From Octopus bimaculoides (Eukaryota): DNA of 64,000 bases. The notes below the pieces were generated by a model. The model was not told where the DNA came from. It ran no database searches and saw only the letters and a list, made by a program, of their open reading frames with translations. Location of the stretch: NCBI RefSeq assembly GCF_001194135.2, contig NC_068993.1:21597043-21661042 (forward strand), given 5' to 3'. Position 1 is the first letter of the stretch. Every line of letters starts with the position of its first letter. Made by a program: the position numbers and the translations under genes. This document shows positions 1-11,370 of this stretch, piece by piece.

Positions 1-1859
1 CGTTTTTTGAAAAATTGACATGCTCCACTCGAACCACAAGAAAACGCAATTAGATTTCAGTAGAACAGAAGAAATTGTGAGAGACTGAAATGTTTCATCA
101 CGAAAGGGAGAGGGAGAGAGAGATGGAGAGAGAAAGAGAGAGAGAGAGAGAGGGAGAGAGACAGACTATTTGATCCTCTGGTAACAACTGCTAATGTCAT
201 TTTACCAATATTGACTGGGTTGTGTTGTGTTTCACTTCACTCGTGTCTGTGCCGCACGCTGTTCTGTGTTGATTCTTCACACAACGAGATTCTTTTCACC
301 CGGGTGTTTTGTTTTAATTTTTCTGTGTGTTAGTATATTACATATTTTTCTGTGCATCTGTATGTTAGTACTTTTACATATTTTTCATTTCATATATTTT
401 TGGGACAAATTCTTTGTTGACCAGTGTTATTCTTATCGTAGTTTACAAATCCAAGTATGTAAACATTACTCAACTTTGGAGTTTTGGAGACAGACGCCCT
501 CTTTTCACACACACACACACGCACGCACTTATATCTCAATTATGTACACAAATACACGACAGGTATACATAATACTGAAATACGCATAAATTAAACACGT
601 GCAGCCAAATATATTAATATATCAATTAAAAAAAGTTATAGAAACATACAATTAATGAAGAGACAAAAGAAACAGTAAGAAGACATATATTGATTTTATT
701 AGGTATTTCTGTTTATTTAGAAGCCTATAATAAACAGGTGATTTCACAGACGCTAACTATAGATTTCACAGGGTACAACTTTGAATTTGACACCGCTCCG
801 CTAAACGCAGAAAATTTTTGTCTCGCTATTGGCTAAAAATACACATTTTTTTTTTCGAATTTAAAAATCTCTGTAACTTTTACCTCCAATTTTTTCCTCT
901 ACAACATCAAACCTTCATACTAATAAGAGTGGAAAACTACATTATTATAGCCAATTTTCAGATTTTTTACTTCATTTTAAAAAGTGCATATTTTGTGATT
1001 CAGTTTAATTAGATCCGCGAAAATTAATGTGTTGTTTATGGTAACGGCAGTTGTTGTTCTGGATATACCAACTGGTGTTCGCAAATCCCCAGTAGAGGAA
1101 AAATCATTTTGACTGTTTTCACTATGTGGTTTATACTGTCGCTCTAGTTATGACTTTTGTTTATCGGTGGCTTTATTCGTGGTAGAAAGTATTGCTTTTG
1201 TCTCTGTCTCAATTTTCAAAAGTAGCTATGTGTTATTAGCAGTAACGGTGGTGGTCCTAAAGTATGCGTTTCAGTTGTTGTTGGTGTTGCTGTTTACTCT
1301 GTCAAATATGCCGATGATCGGAACGTCATCAATTGCACCGTCAAAGAAAGGAATGAAATTATTCTTTTTGAGGGGGTTGTCATCTCCAAATATATTCTCC
1401 CACCACTTCGCTCTCTATTTTCTCTCTTATTCTTATTTTCTCCCCTTCGTGCTCTCCCCGCTGCCCGCCTCGCTGAGACTCGTTGTCATATTCAACTTTC
1501 TCTTAATTATAATTTTGGAAGAAAGTTTGAAAGAGAAAACAAATCTTTTCACAAATTCCATTCTTAATCATTTCCTGCAAAAAACGAAGAAAAGAAAAGA
1601 GAGCAATAACTCAACATGATAATTGGAAAACATATCCACGAAACGAGAAAAACTATGAATAATTATTCCAACGGCTATGCAGCGACAAGGAAAACGTGAT
1701 GCAAAGACAATAACAATTTCTAATTTTAAGCTGAGCGAGTAGTCGTCACCAGCACTTCACTGCTTTAATTGACTTCAAAGTAAGGAAAGACCAAGTTGAC
1801 CTTGCCGATATTTGAAATCTGAATGGGGACAAGATCGAAAGGATTTTTTTCCCAACCGT

Positions 1860-2045
1860 TTTTTTCTAACCGTTCTAAAGTTTTATGGAAAAGTGTAACT
1901 CACTGATTGGCACACCAAAGATAAAGTACCATGAATTTTTTCAGTAGTGCGGCCCGCTTGGCAACGAACCATATTTCAAGCGACCGGCTTTTCAAAAAAT
2001 GTTATCCAGGCCTCTTTTAACAATCCGCAAGCGCGCCGCCCTAGA
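1860..2045. promoter_or_regulatory. Possible promoter-like patch (CCAAT box, RFX X-box-like half site, GC-rich motif)
   Basis: GATTGG at 1905-1910, CTTGGCAAC at 1957-1965, GCGCGCCGCC at 2031-2040 in a locally CpG-richer non-repetitive stretch. Motif matches only. Confidence 0.2.
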
Positions 2046-2051
2046 AAGAAG

Positions 2052-2090
2052 CTTAATAATATTCTCATTTTATCGAAGTAGCTGCAACAG

Positions 2091-2146
<56 letters not shown>

Positions 2147-2406
2147 AACACTGCTCCTGCTGGTCTTGCTACTGATAATGCTGCTGCTAAACCTGCTATT
2201 TCTATTACCACGACTGCTACATCAACTACTACTACTACTACTTGTAGTAGTAGTAGTAGTAGTTGATGTAGCAGTAGTGGTAATAGAAGCCGCAGGTTTA
2301 GCAGTAGCAGTGTGTTGTAGTAGTAGTAGTAGTAGTTGTAGTAGTAGTAGTAGTAGTAGTAGTAGTGATGTTGCAGCTACTTCGATAAAATGAGAATGTT
2401 ATTAAG
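2052..2406. repeat. Near-perfect foldback palindrome with (TAC)n/(GTA)n arms
   Basis: cttaataatattctcattttatcgaagtagctgcaacagcac at the left end is mirrored by gtgatgttgcagctacttcgataaaatgagaatgttattaag at the right end; inner unique segments also mirror; centre tac-tt-gta at ~2242. Confidence 0.9.
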
Positions 2407-2744
2407 TAGTAGGCGCCGACTTCACTACTTTCAGTTCCGTGAAAGACGCATACTCATTTGGCACCACAGGTCGTTATGCAATTATTTACTATCTGTTTGA
2501 TATCAAACTGACAATGACAAATATTGAAGTAAATAAAAAAGTACAACAATTAAAAATTCAAGAAAATGATGCAATGCAGTCGTTGAAGATGTTTTGTAAA
2601 ACGTGGAATTCCTTTCCTTGTATACGTTTCTATCGCATACAAACTTCGTGATGGAAAGCGAATAATGAATAGAACTGTTCTTCAGCATCTTCAGAATAGT
2701 TGATATAGTTAAACAAAAGTTAATGAACCAAAGGGAGAAAGAGA

Positions 2745-3105
2745 GCCGTTGACTTGTCAGAAATCTTCTCTTCCAATTCCCTAACTGGCGACCGAAAAGG
2801 AAGGCCGTTCTCTTAAACAATACGCTATTGTGAGTGCCGATGCATGAAGGACTCTGCCGACGATGTTATTCCATACTTTCCGATCCTTGGTGCTGGCCTT
2901 AGCATGCGCGAAGTCGAGGCGCTGCGACTTGATATCTTCCTCAATTTGTTTCGCCCATTTCTCCTTAGGTACACTGCGCTGGATTCTCCAGTGCGTGGGT
3001 CGCTACTCTCACAAAAGGTGGTGTGCTAAATCTTCCAGTGTCCATTCTACATCCTGCATACAGGGCCAAATCCCTGTATCTTCAAAGATATGGCAGACTT
3101 GACCA
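2745..3105 (-). mobile_element. RTE-clade LINE, decayed 3' end
   Basis: Minus-strand translation ...CRMDTGRF / WRIQRSVPKEKWAKQIEEDIKSQRLDFAHAKASTKDRKVWNNIVGRV matches the RTE C-terminal pattern GHxxRM...R.RGRP..RW.D.I..D...A.DR..W; frameshifted. Confidence 0.75.
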
Positions 3106-3150
3106 TTACGTTTTTTTAGATAAATATGTGTCTCGCTTCATATTATGAGT

Positions 3151-3214
3151 GACATCTTTTAAAATTGTAGATTGTGGCTTTAAGTAGCCACAATTTATAA
3201 TTTTAAAAGATATC
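3151..3214 (+). repeat. 64-nt hairpin (29-bp stem, 6-nt loop)
   Basis: gacatcttttaaaattgtagattgtggct / ttaagt / agccacaatttataattttaaaagatatc. Confidence 0.85.
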
Positions 3215-3589
3215 ATCTCTCCTAATGTGAATCTTGACTCGCAATTTTATAATAAAGTATATAATGGTCAAGGCTGAAATATCGTTGAGGATAGGTAATT
3301 TCTGTGATTGCTGATGCTAACCTTGGATTAATGAGAACATAAAAAAAATTATCCTAGATACATACTGACGGGAAATCAGTTATGAATTACTGCGATTATG
3401 CGCTATATCAGAATGTTTTAGTATATTCAATAGTAGATTTTTTACAAATTAAAGTGCAATTTTAAATTATCGAAAATTACTCACAAGAGTAATCAAACAT
3501 TAGAGGTAAAATTATCTTAACCGTAAGAAAAGATCTGAAAGAGTTTCTTCTTTACCTTAGCCAATGTTCAATACATGTTATATATAGAC

Positions 3590-3790
3590 AACATTTACAT
3601 TCTTTACATTATTTACATTTGACGGATATTTGTCCTCATCTTGTTTGTTGTTAACACAACGTTAACACAACTTCAATTCCCACCATCCATACAGTGTAAA
3701 GTGAGGGATTGCTCAGTGTCTAAAACGTCGAGCACAGAATAAATGTAAATAATGTACATAATTTATCATCTCTTAAATATAGAACTATAT
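3590..3790. mobile_element. Miniature Penelope derivative: inverted terminal-repeat piece, ~60-bp RT fragment, direct terminal-repeat tail
   Basis: 3605-3668 is largely the reverse complement of the terminal-repeat tail at ~30513-30555; 3671-3734 matches 29627-29690 (about 7 mismatches in 64 nt); perfect 16-bp inverted ends at 3605-3620 and 3741-3756. Confidence 0.8.
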
Positions 3791-4172
3791 GTAGACAAGT
3801 TAACCACGGGAAAATACTTTTGAGTAAATCCTGTTACTTTATCAATATCCATAACATGACAAAAAAAGCACAGCTAAAAACCAAAGAAGGTACGTTTAGT
3901 TCTTGAATATTCATATTACAAGTAAGTTGTTCTCTCTTATTTACAGGTGTTTAGTTTAAGCTAACGAAAGAAATTCGTGCTTTACAATAGGGTATTGCGT
4001 AGTCCCAGGGTAAAGTATCATCTGGTACAACACTCTAACGCAAAACTTTAGAATTAACAATTCGTCATAATTACCTGTCGCATATCTTTATCATAGTCTA
4101 CAGTAATTATCTGAAATACTATATGAAAAATGAAGTAATGAATTTGAAACCAGACTGTACCGTTGCTTTCAG

Positions 4173-4208
4173 AATTGCGCCTTCCTGAATGAAAACTATA
4201 TTTTCCAG
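4173..4208 (+). CDS. Candidate 36-nt micro-exon (NCAFLNENYIFQ)
   Basis: gttgctttcag acceptor, GTTAGT donor, only phase 0 is open; no recognisable homology. Confidence 0.15.
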
Positions 4209-5565
4209 GTTAGTTCCCATTAGTTAAAAAACTAATAGAAGAAAATATAGTGACGCGAATTGAAATGATGCGCATAAGTGTTTGCTAAGGATATGAGTTT
4301 TAAAATCAAAACTTTTACTTCACACTATACTGTATAAATATTGTACACATGCATTATGTCTCTAACAATATTTCGTATACGCAATGAGTAGGTACCACAT
4401 ATATCATAATACAGCTAAGGTAGTTCGTGATCAAGTATTTTTATTGTCACAGTACTTTACATTAACAATAATCTTGGAATGTTGAATATCATTTCGAGGG
4501 AATGTATTGTGAAGTGTTCTTTTCAATGAGATATAATGCATTGGTGGTTTGAAATTTCATAAGAAACATTATAGTATAATCTTGGTTTCCTATCGCTTCT
4601 GTTCATAGAAACAGTAACTCCTTTCACGTAAGAACATATAAATGTATAAAAATGAAATTATGAAGGCCAAGCAATTATAGATTTCATTAAATAAAAGGTT
4701 TTGTTCACAGTTTTCTAAGAAATGATCGAGATAATAGAATCATAAAGAGAGACGAATCATAAGCCTTTGTAAGGTCTTTTATCTTGCCACGTGACCTTTC
4801 TGCAGAGGGACTTACGAAGAAAAGTTTAATAATTTGCCAACAGGTACGATTGAACTATTCTGCGGAATTATAACGATGTAATTTTATAAAATGGCTCTTA
4901 AACTTCTGAATTGGCATTTTTTAATTTCAAAGACAAACAGCAAAATAGGAAAGCCTTAATTCTCAAAGGATCACGATCACGTTACTTTCTTATTTATTCC
5001 CAAATACAATGAAATTCATGCACAAGAGTTTAAACATTCCATTGATAGTATTTACTCTTAATAATTATACTATTGACATATGTTCAAAACCGATAAATGT
5101 AATTCAATGATTAATATCACTCAAATGTAGTTATTATCCATAAAAAAAAACGCATAAATTAATAACGGTATATGTACACCTTCGAAAAAATATGAGCAAT
5201 AACAAATAACAAAACAAGGATTCAAAGTTTTTGGCAGAAGTGTGAGTGAAAATTTCTTAGTATTATGAAATACTAAGCCCAGTTATGCTGGTATGTATTC
5301 TCATCAACTTCATATTACAACATAAATTTTTATCCCTAACTTCATCATTTTTCAAAGCTATACATTTATTTTTCTCTTTTAAATATGTTGTATAAAAACC
5401 TGCACTAACTTTCACTGTGAAAAGCCTCAAACATCAGAAACGAACAAGAATATTGGCGAAAATCTTCCCATGTGTTCGCACTAACTAAACCAAGACGCAT
5501 AAGGAAGCAAATTAACCTGAATGTTTCATTTCATCCAAATTAAAAATTCTATTTAGAAAATGAGA

Positions 5566-5567
<2 letters not shown>

Positions 5568-5628
<61 letters not shown>
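5568..5628. repeat. (TAT)n microsatellite
   Basis: Direct reading. Confidence 0.95.
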
Positions 5629-5629
<1 letters not shown>

Positions 5630-5640
5630 AATTGATCTAT

Positions 5641-5671
5641 TTTGTTTTTCTTTTCTTCAATGCAGGTGAGT
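5641..5671 (+). other. Candidate recursive splice site (polypyrimidine tract-CAG|GTGAGT)
   Basis: tttgtttttcttttcttcaatgcag immediately followed by GTGAGT. Confidence 0.3.
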
Positions 5672-6339
5672 GGGTTGTATATTCTCTTTGATTTAAACTA
5701 TTTTCTATCAGTTACACTGATAAGAGTATATATTCAGAATGCATTTTATCACCAGTGAGGATGCTAGTTATGAATTAAATGGACCATCTGTGAAACGTTT
5801 TAGCTAAATTTCATGTTTAATGACGTTCGTTGCGGTGTTGTGGTGATATATCTCTGACATTGTGATATTCATTATATTTCCCTAATGCTGTCACAAATAA
5901 TATCCCGTCATAATGAAATTTACTGCAGTTTACCATCAAACCTTTTTCAATTAAATATTCAGTTATTTCTGTTTGTTTTTAGCTGTTTCAATCATCACAA
6001 CTGTTGTGTAGGGATTGCATCGATGAATAAATATATTCCACAAATTATCAGCTGTAAACCAATAAAATTTCGATGCGTTGTGTAATCTGCTTTACATGAA
6101 TTCAAGCTAATTATTATCTTGCAAATATTTCTAAATAGATTGATATATACCAACGATAGTCAGATATAGCCATGGTTTTCTGTATTTTTTCACTATATGT
6201 GTATGAACGTGTGCATAAATCTACATGAATGTCTATTTGTATTTTATATTAAAATATATGGGTTTGACTAAGCATATTACAGTGGTGCAGACATATACAC
6301 TGTATGGCTGAAATACAGACGATGCACCTTACTTCATTC

Positions 6340-6765
6340 TTGCGTGTCTGTTTGGCAGGAAGCTCGCTTCCTAACCGCATGGGTCTCGGTTCAGTTCCAT
6401 TGCATGGCAACTTGGGCAAGAGTCTTCTATAATATCCAAGCGACAACGAAAGCCTTGCGAGTGGATTTGGTAGCGGGAAACTGAAAGACACCCGTCATAT
6501 TTATGTATATATATGTGAGTGTGTGTGTTTTTATGCGTGTGTGCGCGATTTTGTGTCGTTGTCCCCACACCATCGCTTAACAACTGATGTTTGTGTTTAC
6601 ATACACGTAACTTAGCGATTCGGCAAAAAGGGACAATAGAATAAGTATGAGGCTTACAAAGAATAAATCTTGGGATCGATTCCTTCGACTAAAAAACCTT
6701 TAGGGCGGTGCTGCAGCATGGACATAGTCAAAATGGCTGAAATAATTAAAAGAATGAAATAACAG
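6340..6765 (+). mobile_element. tRNA-derived SINE, family A (octopus-type), diverged copy
   Basis: ttgggcaagagtcttct...gagtggatttggtag...aacttagcgattcggcaaaa...ggcggtgctgcagcatgg; homologous to the reverse complement of 24112-24448. Confidence 0.85.
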
Positions 6766-6770
6766 TATAT

Positions 6771-6771
<1 letters not shown>

Positions 6772-6819
<48 letters not shown>

Positions 6820-6870
6820 NNNNNNNNNNGAGAGAGAGAGAGAGACACACAGAGAGAGAGAGAGAGAGAG

Positions 6871-6911
<41 letters not shown>

Positions 6912-6930
6912 CATATATATATATATAAGA
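6772..6930. repeat. (CA)n/(GA)n/(TA)n compound microsatellite with small gap
   Basis: Direct reading. Confidence 0.95.
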
Positions 6931-6934
6931 GTGT

Positions 6935-7590
6935 CTAAGGATGCAAGGCCAAACGGGCGCAGACTATGAAGAGCTCATTAGGCTCACTCGAATACTCTCT
7001 CAACTCAGAATGATTGGCGAACCCCAGAGAAAATTTTAAAAAGTGATTCTCAGGGATACCCACAATGGCAAACTCAGAGGCTAAGCCCTCGGTGCCACCT
7101 CAAACGCCAGTAGAATTGAATGTTCAGGAAACAAGCTTAGCATCAACTGTCCATTATGCAAGGAAATAGAAGAGGTGAGGTAAAAGCAGATCCGGATCAG
7201 CGCCTCGCCCAAGAGAGGTATACCTTATAAAGCAACCAAGAAATGGTTGTTGCTCCTTCGGAGGCTGTGGACGCTGTCCGAAATATCTGGACAACGGGGA
7301 ATATTCCATCAGGCTGGAAGTAGGCAGAAGGATGTTTCGTACCAGAAGAAGGGAATTCCTCAGCTATAAACCAATTCTTAACTATCTCACTTGAGAGGGA
7401 AATCTTTTCAATATTGGCCAAAAGCATGATCTCGTATTAACTGAAAATGGATACATAAATAGCTTTGTCTAGAGAGCCAGGGTTCTAAATTTCTGGGGAT
7501 ATCCGGAATACGCCGGACTTCTCAACCAGATGATCTGGGAGACCAACAGAAACAAAGGCGACTTCACAGTGGATCAACTAGTTCTGACAA
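6935..7590 (+). mobile_element. HERO-like (R2 superfamily) non-LTR retrotransposon RT fragment, decayed
   Basis: Broken frames give GIPYK...LLLLRRLW / RNIWTTGNIPSGWK*AEGCFVPEEGNSSAINQFLTISL / EIFSILAK, matching HERO RT motifs PYKVYK..P.LL.RLW...W..AEG..IPKE.NS..I.QFR.ISLL.VE.KIFFS. Confidence 0.7.
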
Positions 7591-7594
7591 GTAG

Positions 7595-7825
7595 ATGCAG
7601 ATCATCCTTACTCCACGCCACCGATGTCATCTAAGGGAAAGCCAAAAGCCAATACAGCTTGGCACCAGTGACGTCGCAATTCATTTCTACAACTGAGTGA
7701 ACTGGAGCAACGTGAAATAAAGTATCTTGCTCATGAACATTACACGCAGCCTGGTACAGGAATCGAACTCACAACCTCACGATTATAAGTTCGACGTTCT
7801 GACCACTAAGCCATGCACCTTCACG
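7595..7825 (-). mobile_element. tRNA-derived SINE, family C
   Basis: Reverse complement gcatggcttagtggtcag (A box)...gagttcgattcc (B box)...gagcaagatactttatttcacgttgctccagttcactcag. Confidence 0.8.
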
Positions 7826-8538
7826 CTTTCGATACAATGATATGTTATTGATGGCTTTTCATGTTTCTTCACAATTCTGCCATTTAGGTTTTTTGTAATA
7901 TTTCTTGGAACTTGATCTGATCGCAATCATATGGGGGTCATTAATCTGCATTTAGGTTTAGGAATAAAATTCTCATGATATTTTAGTCAATTATATTATG
8001 TAATTTTATTTATAATGAGTTTATGAGAAATATCTACACTATTAATTGCTACTATAAGCCTGCGTAGTAGCCTACTTACAATATTCTTTGCTATCGCTCT
8101 TCTCTGTGTAAATTTTCCTATGCGTACTATCTCCTACTTCTGTAATTTTAACAGGCCTCGTTTCGAAATAAAGAATGTCTTGTAGAATGTTTTGGGGTTA
8201 TATCTAAAATTAGATATGGCATTGCATATCTACAATATTTTATTAGAATAGTGGTCACCGATCTTATTTTAGACTAGTAATTCTGTGTTTTAATCGTGAA
8301 TGGACAAGTAGATGTGACCTAGTCTTCTAGATCAACGGAAACTATTTCTGTTACATGTATTTGATGTTGTCTTCTCCTTTGTACGTTACCGTTCTTAATA
8401 TAGTGATGATTTGATGAGATACAGATATTTCTGACAGACAAGATTATATTATATAAACCCATGTAATGTTTTGTTTCTACAATATAATGTTCTGTAATAA
8501 ATCACTTATACGATTCGATACGTTGTATAACATACCAC

Positions 8539-8715
8539 GAATGCTTCTCTGCATTTCACCCGTCTTTACGGTCTGAGGTCAAATTCATCCGTGGGCGACT
8601 TTGCCTTTCATCCTTTCACGGTCAGTAGAATAAGTACCAGTTGTGCAGTGATGTCGATCTAATCGGCTTACCTCTCCCTAAAATTGCTGGCTTTGTGCCA
8701 AAATTCGAAACCAAT
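8539..8715 (+). mobile_element. SINE family B, diverged copy
   Basis: tctgaggtcaaatt...cgactttgcctttcatcctttc...aataagtaccagttg shared with the other family B copies. Confidence 0.8.
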
Positions 8716-10394
8716 ACATTATACTAAAAGAAAAGTGCATTAGTATCAAACTGCTCAGATGTTCTTTCACCATTTCACTATTGTTGATATGTGAGGAAAC
8801 TATGTTTATAAAAATAATTTCTCTCGTGTACTCAAAAACCTGTACATAATAAGTTTTTATTGATAAAATTAATTGTCATGACGCCTACATCCGAAGTACA
8901 TTCTACTTAAAACCAAGGACATAGAAAGTATCAACCCAGACAGAACTATTAATAGAAACAATCACCATCTGCTTTTAGGCAAAGAATTATTCAGCTTCTT
9001 AATGAACGATTTCTTAAACAACATAAATACATTTAGTAAAAATATTTTTAGCGCATTGTATGTCTAGAGTCAAGTACCTTCTGTGTAAGTACCTAACTCG
9101 TTCATTTTCGACCTTGTTGGGAGAATAGAACACAATTATTTTCAAAACATTGAAAAATAACGTAATTATGTAATATAAAGAATGTTCTTTGAGTAATCTC
9201 ACTTTATGAGGTTGATGAAATCTAGTGAAGTTCAAATGAAAGAAAAGAATTGGAGTATTTCCACGATGACCAAGAAACAATAGGAACATTCTCAATTTGA
9301 AATTATCATGTTTTGATCGTATCGCTAGCAAGATTTTTACAAGCATAACAATAGGCCTATCCAAGATAAATTTCGTCTATTTCAAATTATATTTCAAATA
9401 TATACTATCCAAGAGATTACCAGCTGTAATACCGAAGACGTCATACTTAGCGTACTAGCAATTTAGGATCTTCACACATGCATACAAAGATACATACATA
9501 CATTTGTGTGTATATATGTGTGTGTGTATATGTGTGTGTATGTGTGACAGCATGTATTTATATATGTATGAAATAAGATTTGTATTTTTCATTGCTATAT
9601 TTTCTATCTTACATTGTTTGTATTTATTTCTAGCTTTACTCAACTTGTATTCCAACTTTTATTTATATCGATTCTGCGCACAACACTTAATTAATATAGA
9701 TCACGCCTATCATTTTCATTTTTGTTTATCCTTGTTTATAAACCCATATATGTCCAAAATATACACGTAAAAGTTTAGAGTCTAACATTTCGAAACCTAG
9801 AATAAATAACTGCTTAAATATTTGAATCATTTTCAGAAATATATCATTGAACGTGACTACAATGTACACGTAAAATATAAGCTTATAATAAAGACAGAGA
9901 CGGAGTGGAAGGGCGAGCGAAATAGAGGGAAAATAAAGAGAGAGGCGGAGAGAAAAGTTACTGTTACAAACATCACGCTCAATAGATGAGATTTCTGATG
10001 AATCATTGATATGATAAGTGAAGCGAACGAGAGTTGTTGCTCAGCTCAATGGCAGTTTGGCTCTACGAAACCGAATCATGAGATGAACTCTTGGATAAAT
10101 TGTCGCCTGAGAGATGTGGTGAAGGTTTGAATAATTCTATAAATGTATTATAGTTCACAAGTATTTTTACACAGAAGTTTACAGAGAAATAATATATTGT
10201 GGATGGCTAATTTCTTCACAAATTACTTGTAGATAGATATTTAAAAAATAATGTTTCATACAAATATACATGCATATATATAATATAAATGTACACCACT
10301 TTACAACCGGTGACTTGGTAGAGGGAGACCTAAAGAAGCACGTTGTATATGTGTGTGTGTTTGTGTGATTATTTGTACCACCACTACCACCACC

Positions 10395-11330
10395 ATGATA
10401 TAAATAGTAACATTCAATTCACAATGGAACATAACAAAGAACAGCTCCCATTTTTAGACATCATGATAAAAAAAGTCAACAATCAGATCATAACTGACAT
10501 CTATTATAAACCAACTGATTTTAAACAATAACTCCTCTTTAGTTCATGCCACCCGAAACACATCAAAATGAATATCCCTTTCAATTTGGCAAAAAGGATT
10601 TGCGCAATAGTGTCTGATGGAACAGCTCGGGACCTTCGTCTTCAAGACCTCAAAACAACGCTTACTGAAAGACACTATCCACCCTCACTTCTAGACGATG
10701 AAATTAAGCGTGCAAAGAAATTAGACATAAAAACACTAAGAACAACAAAACATAACACTACAACTCATCTCAAAACACTACTATTCATATCAACACACAA
10801 CCCCAGAAACAGTGAGGTATTCAACACTATTGTGCAAAATCTTCCTTTACTAACTAGAGATCCAAAAATGAAGGACCCTTTCTGCCAGTGCAAAGACACA
10901 ATCTCTCCAGAAGAACGTTTAAATAAACATTTTTCATTGAAAAATACAGAACACGTCTTAATATGCACGCATAACTACTATCTTTTTACATATTTCAATT
11001 CACGATTTCATCACTTTTTTTTTGTGTGTGTGTACACATATATTCCCTTCCCCTTACCGAAAGCTGAACAGTTATTTGTTATTTCCCTTGCCCACAACAA
11101 CAACAATAATAACGATAAACAATTACCTCCCCTTATTCTTCTACTTGTGAAGCTATTCAGTCGTAAATATCATCACAAACAACATGGACAAAAATTTCTT
11201 CTTAAGAAAATACATATTCAAATAAGTAAACCATAATATCATGAATAGCGAAAGCGAAACCGGTCGATATATTAAAAATTATATTAAAACTATGTAAAGT
11301 GTGTGTATTTTCCTTTTCTAACATTTCTTA
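10395..11330 (+). mobile_element. Penelope-like element (Neptune-like) 3' fragment with terminal repeat
   Basis: INSNIQFTMEHNKEQLPFLDIMIKK...TDIYYKPTD..Q*LLFSSCHPKHIKMNIPFNLAKRICAIVS...HYP...FISTHNP is the PLE RT C-terminus/thumb; GIY-YIG largely missing; hammerhead remnant at 11236-11270. Confidence 0.85.
11236..11270 (+). ncRNA. Degenerate minimal type I hammerhead ribozyme
   Basis: atatc-atgaata-gcgaaagc-gaaa-ccgg-tc-gatat: stems intact, core CUGANGA carries two substitutions. Confidence 0.6.
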
Positions 11331-11335
11331 TATAT

Positions 11336-11370
<35 letters not shown>

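Noticed and set aside
1275-1415. Protein-like minus-strand reading AKWWENIFGDDNPLKKNNFIPFFDGAIDDVPIIG...
   Set aside because: In-frame stops immediately upstream, no start codon and no pyrimidine-rich acceptor.
4806-4843. Possible 38-nt exon with CAG/GTACGA boundaries
   Set aside because: Its open frames are not phase-compatible with the neighbouring candidate at 4173, and there is no homology.
6654-6969. ORFs rich in VC/HT/SL/YI dipeptides (also at 12.8, 18.3, 22.9, 27.2, 31.5, 32.4, 34.1, 59-60.8 and 62.2 kb)
   Set aside because: Translations of microsatellites or read-through of N gaps.
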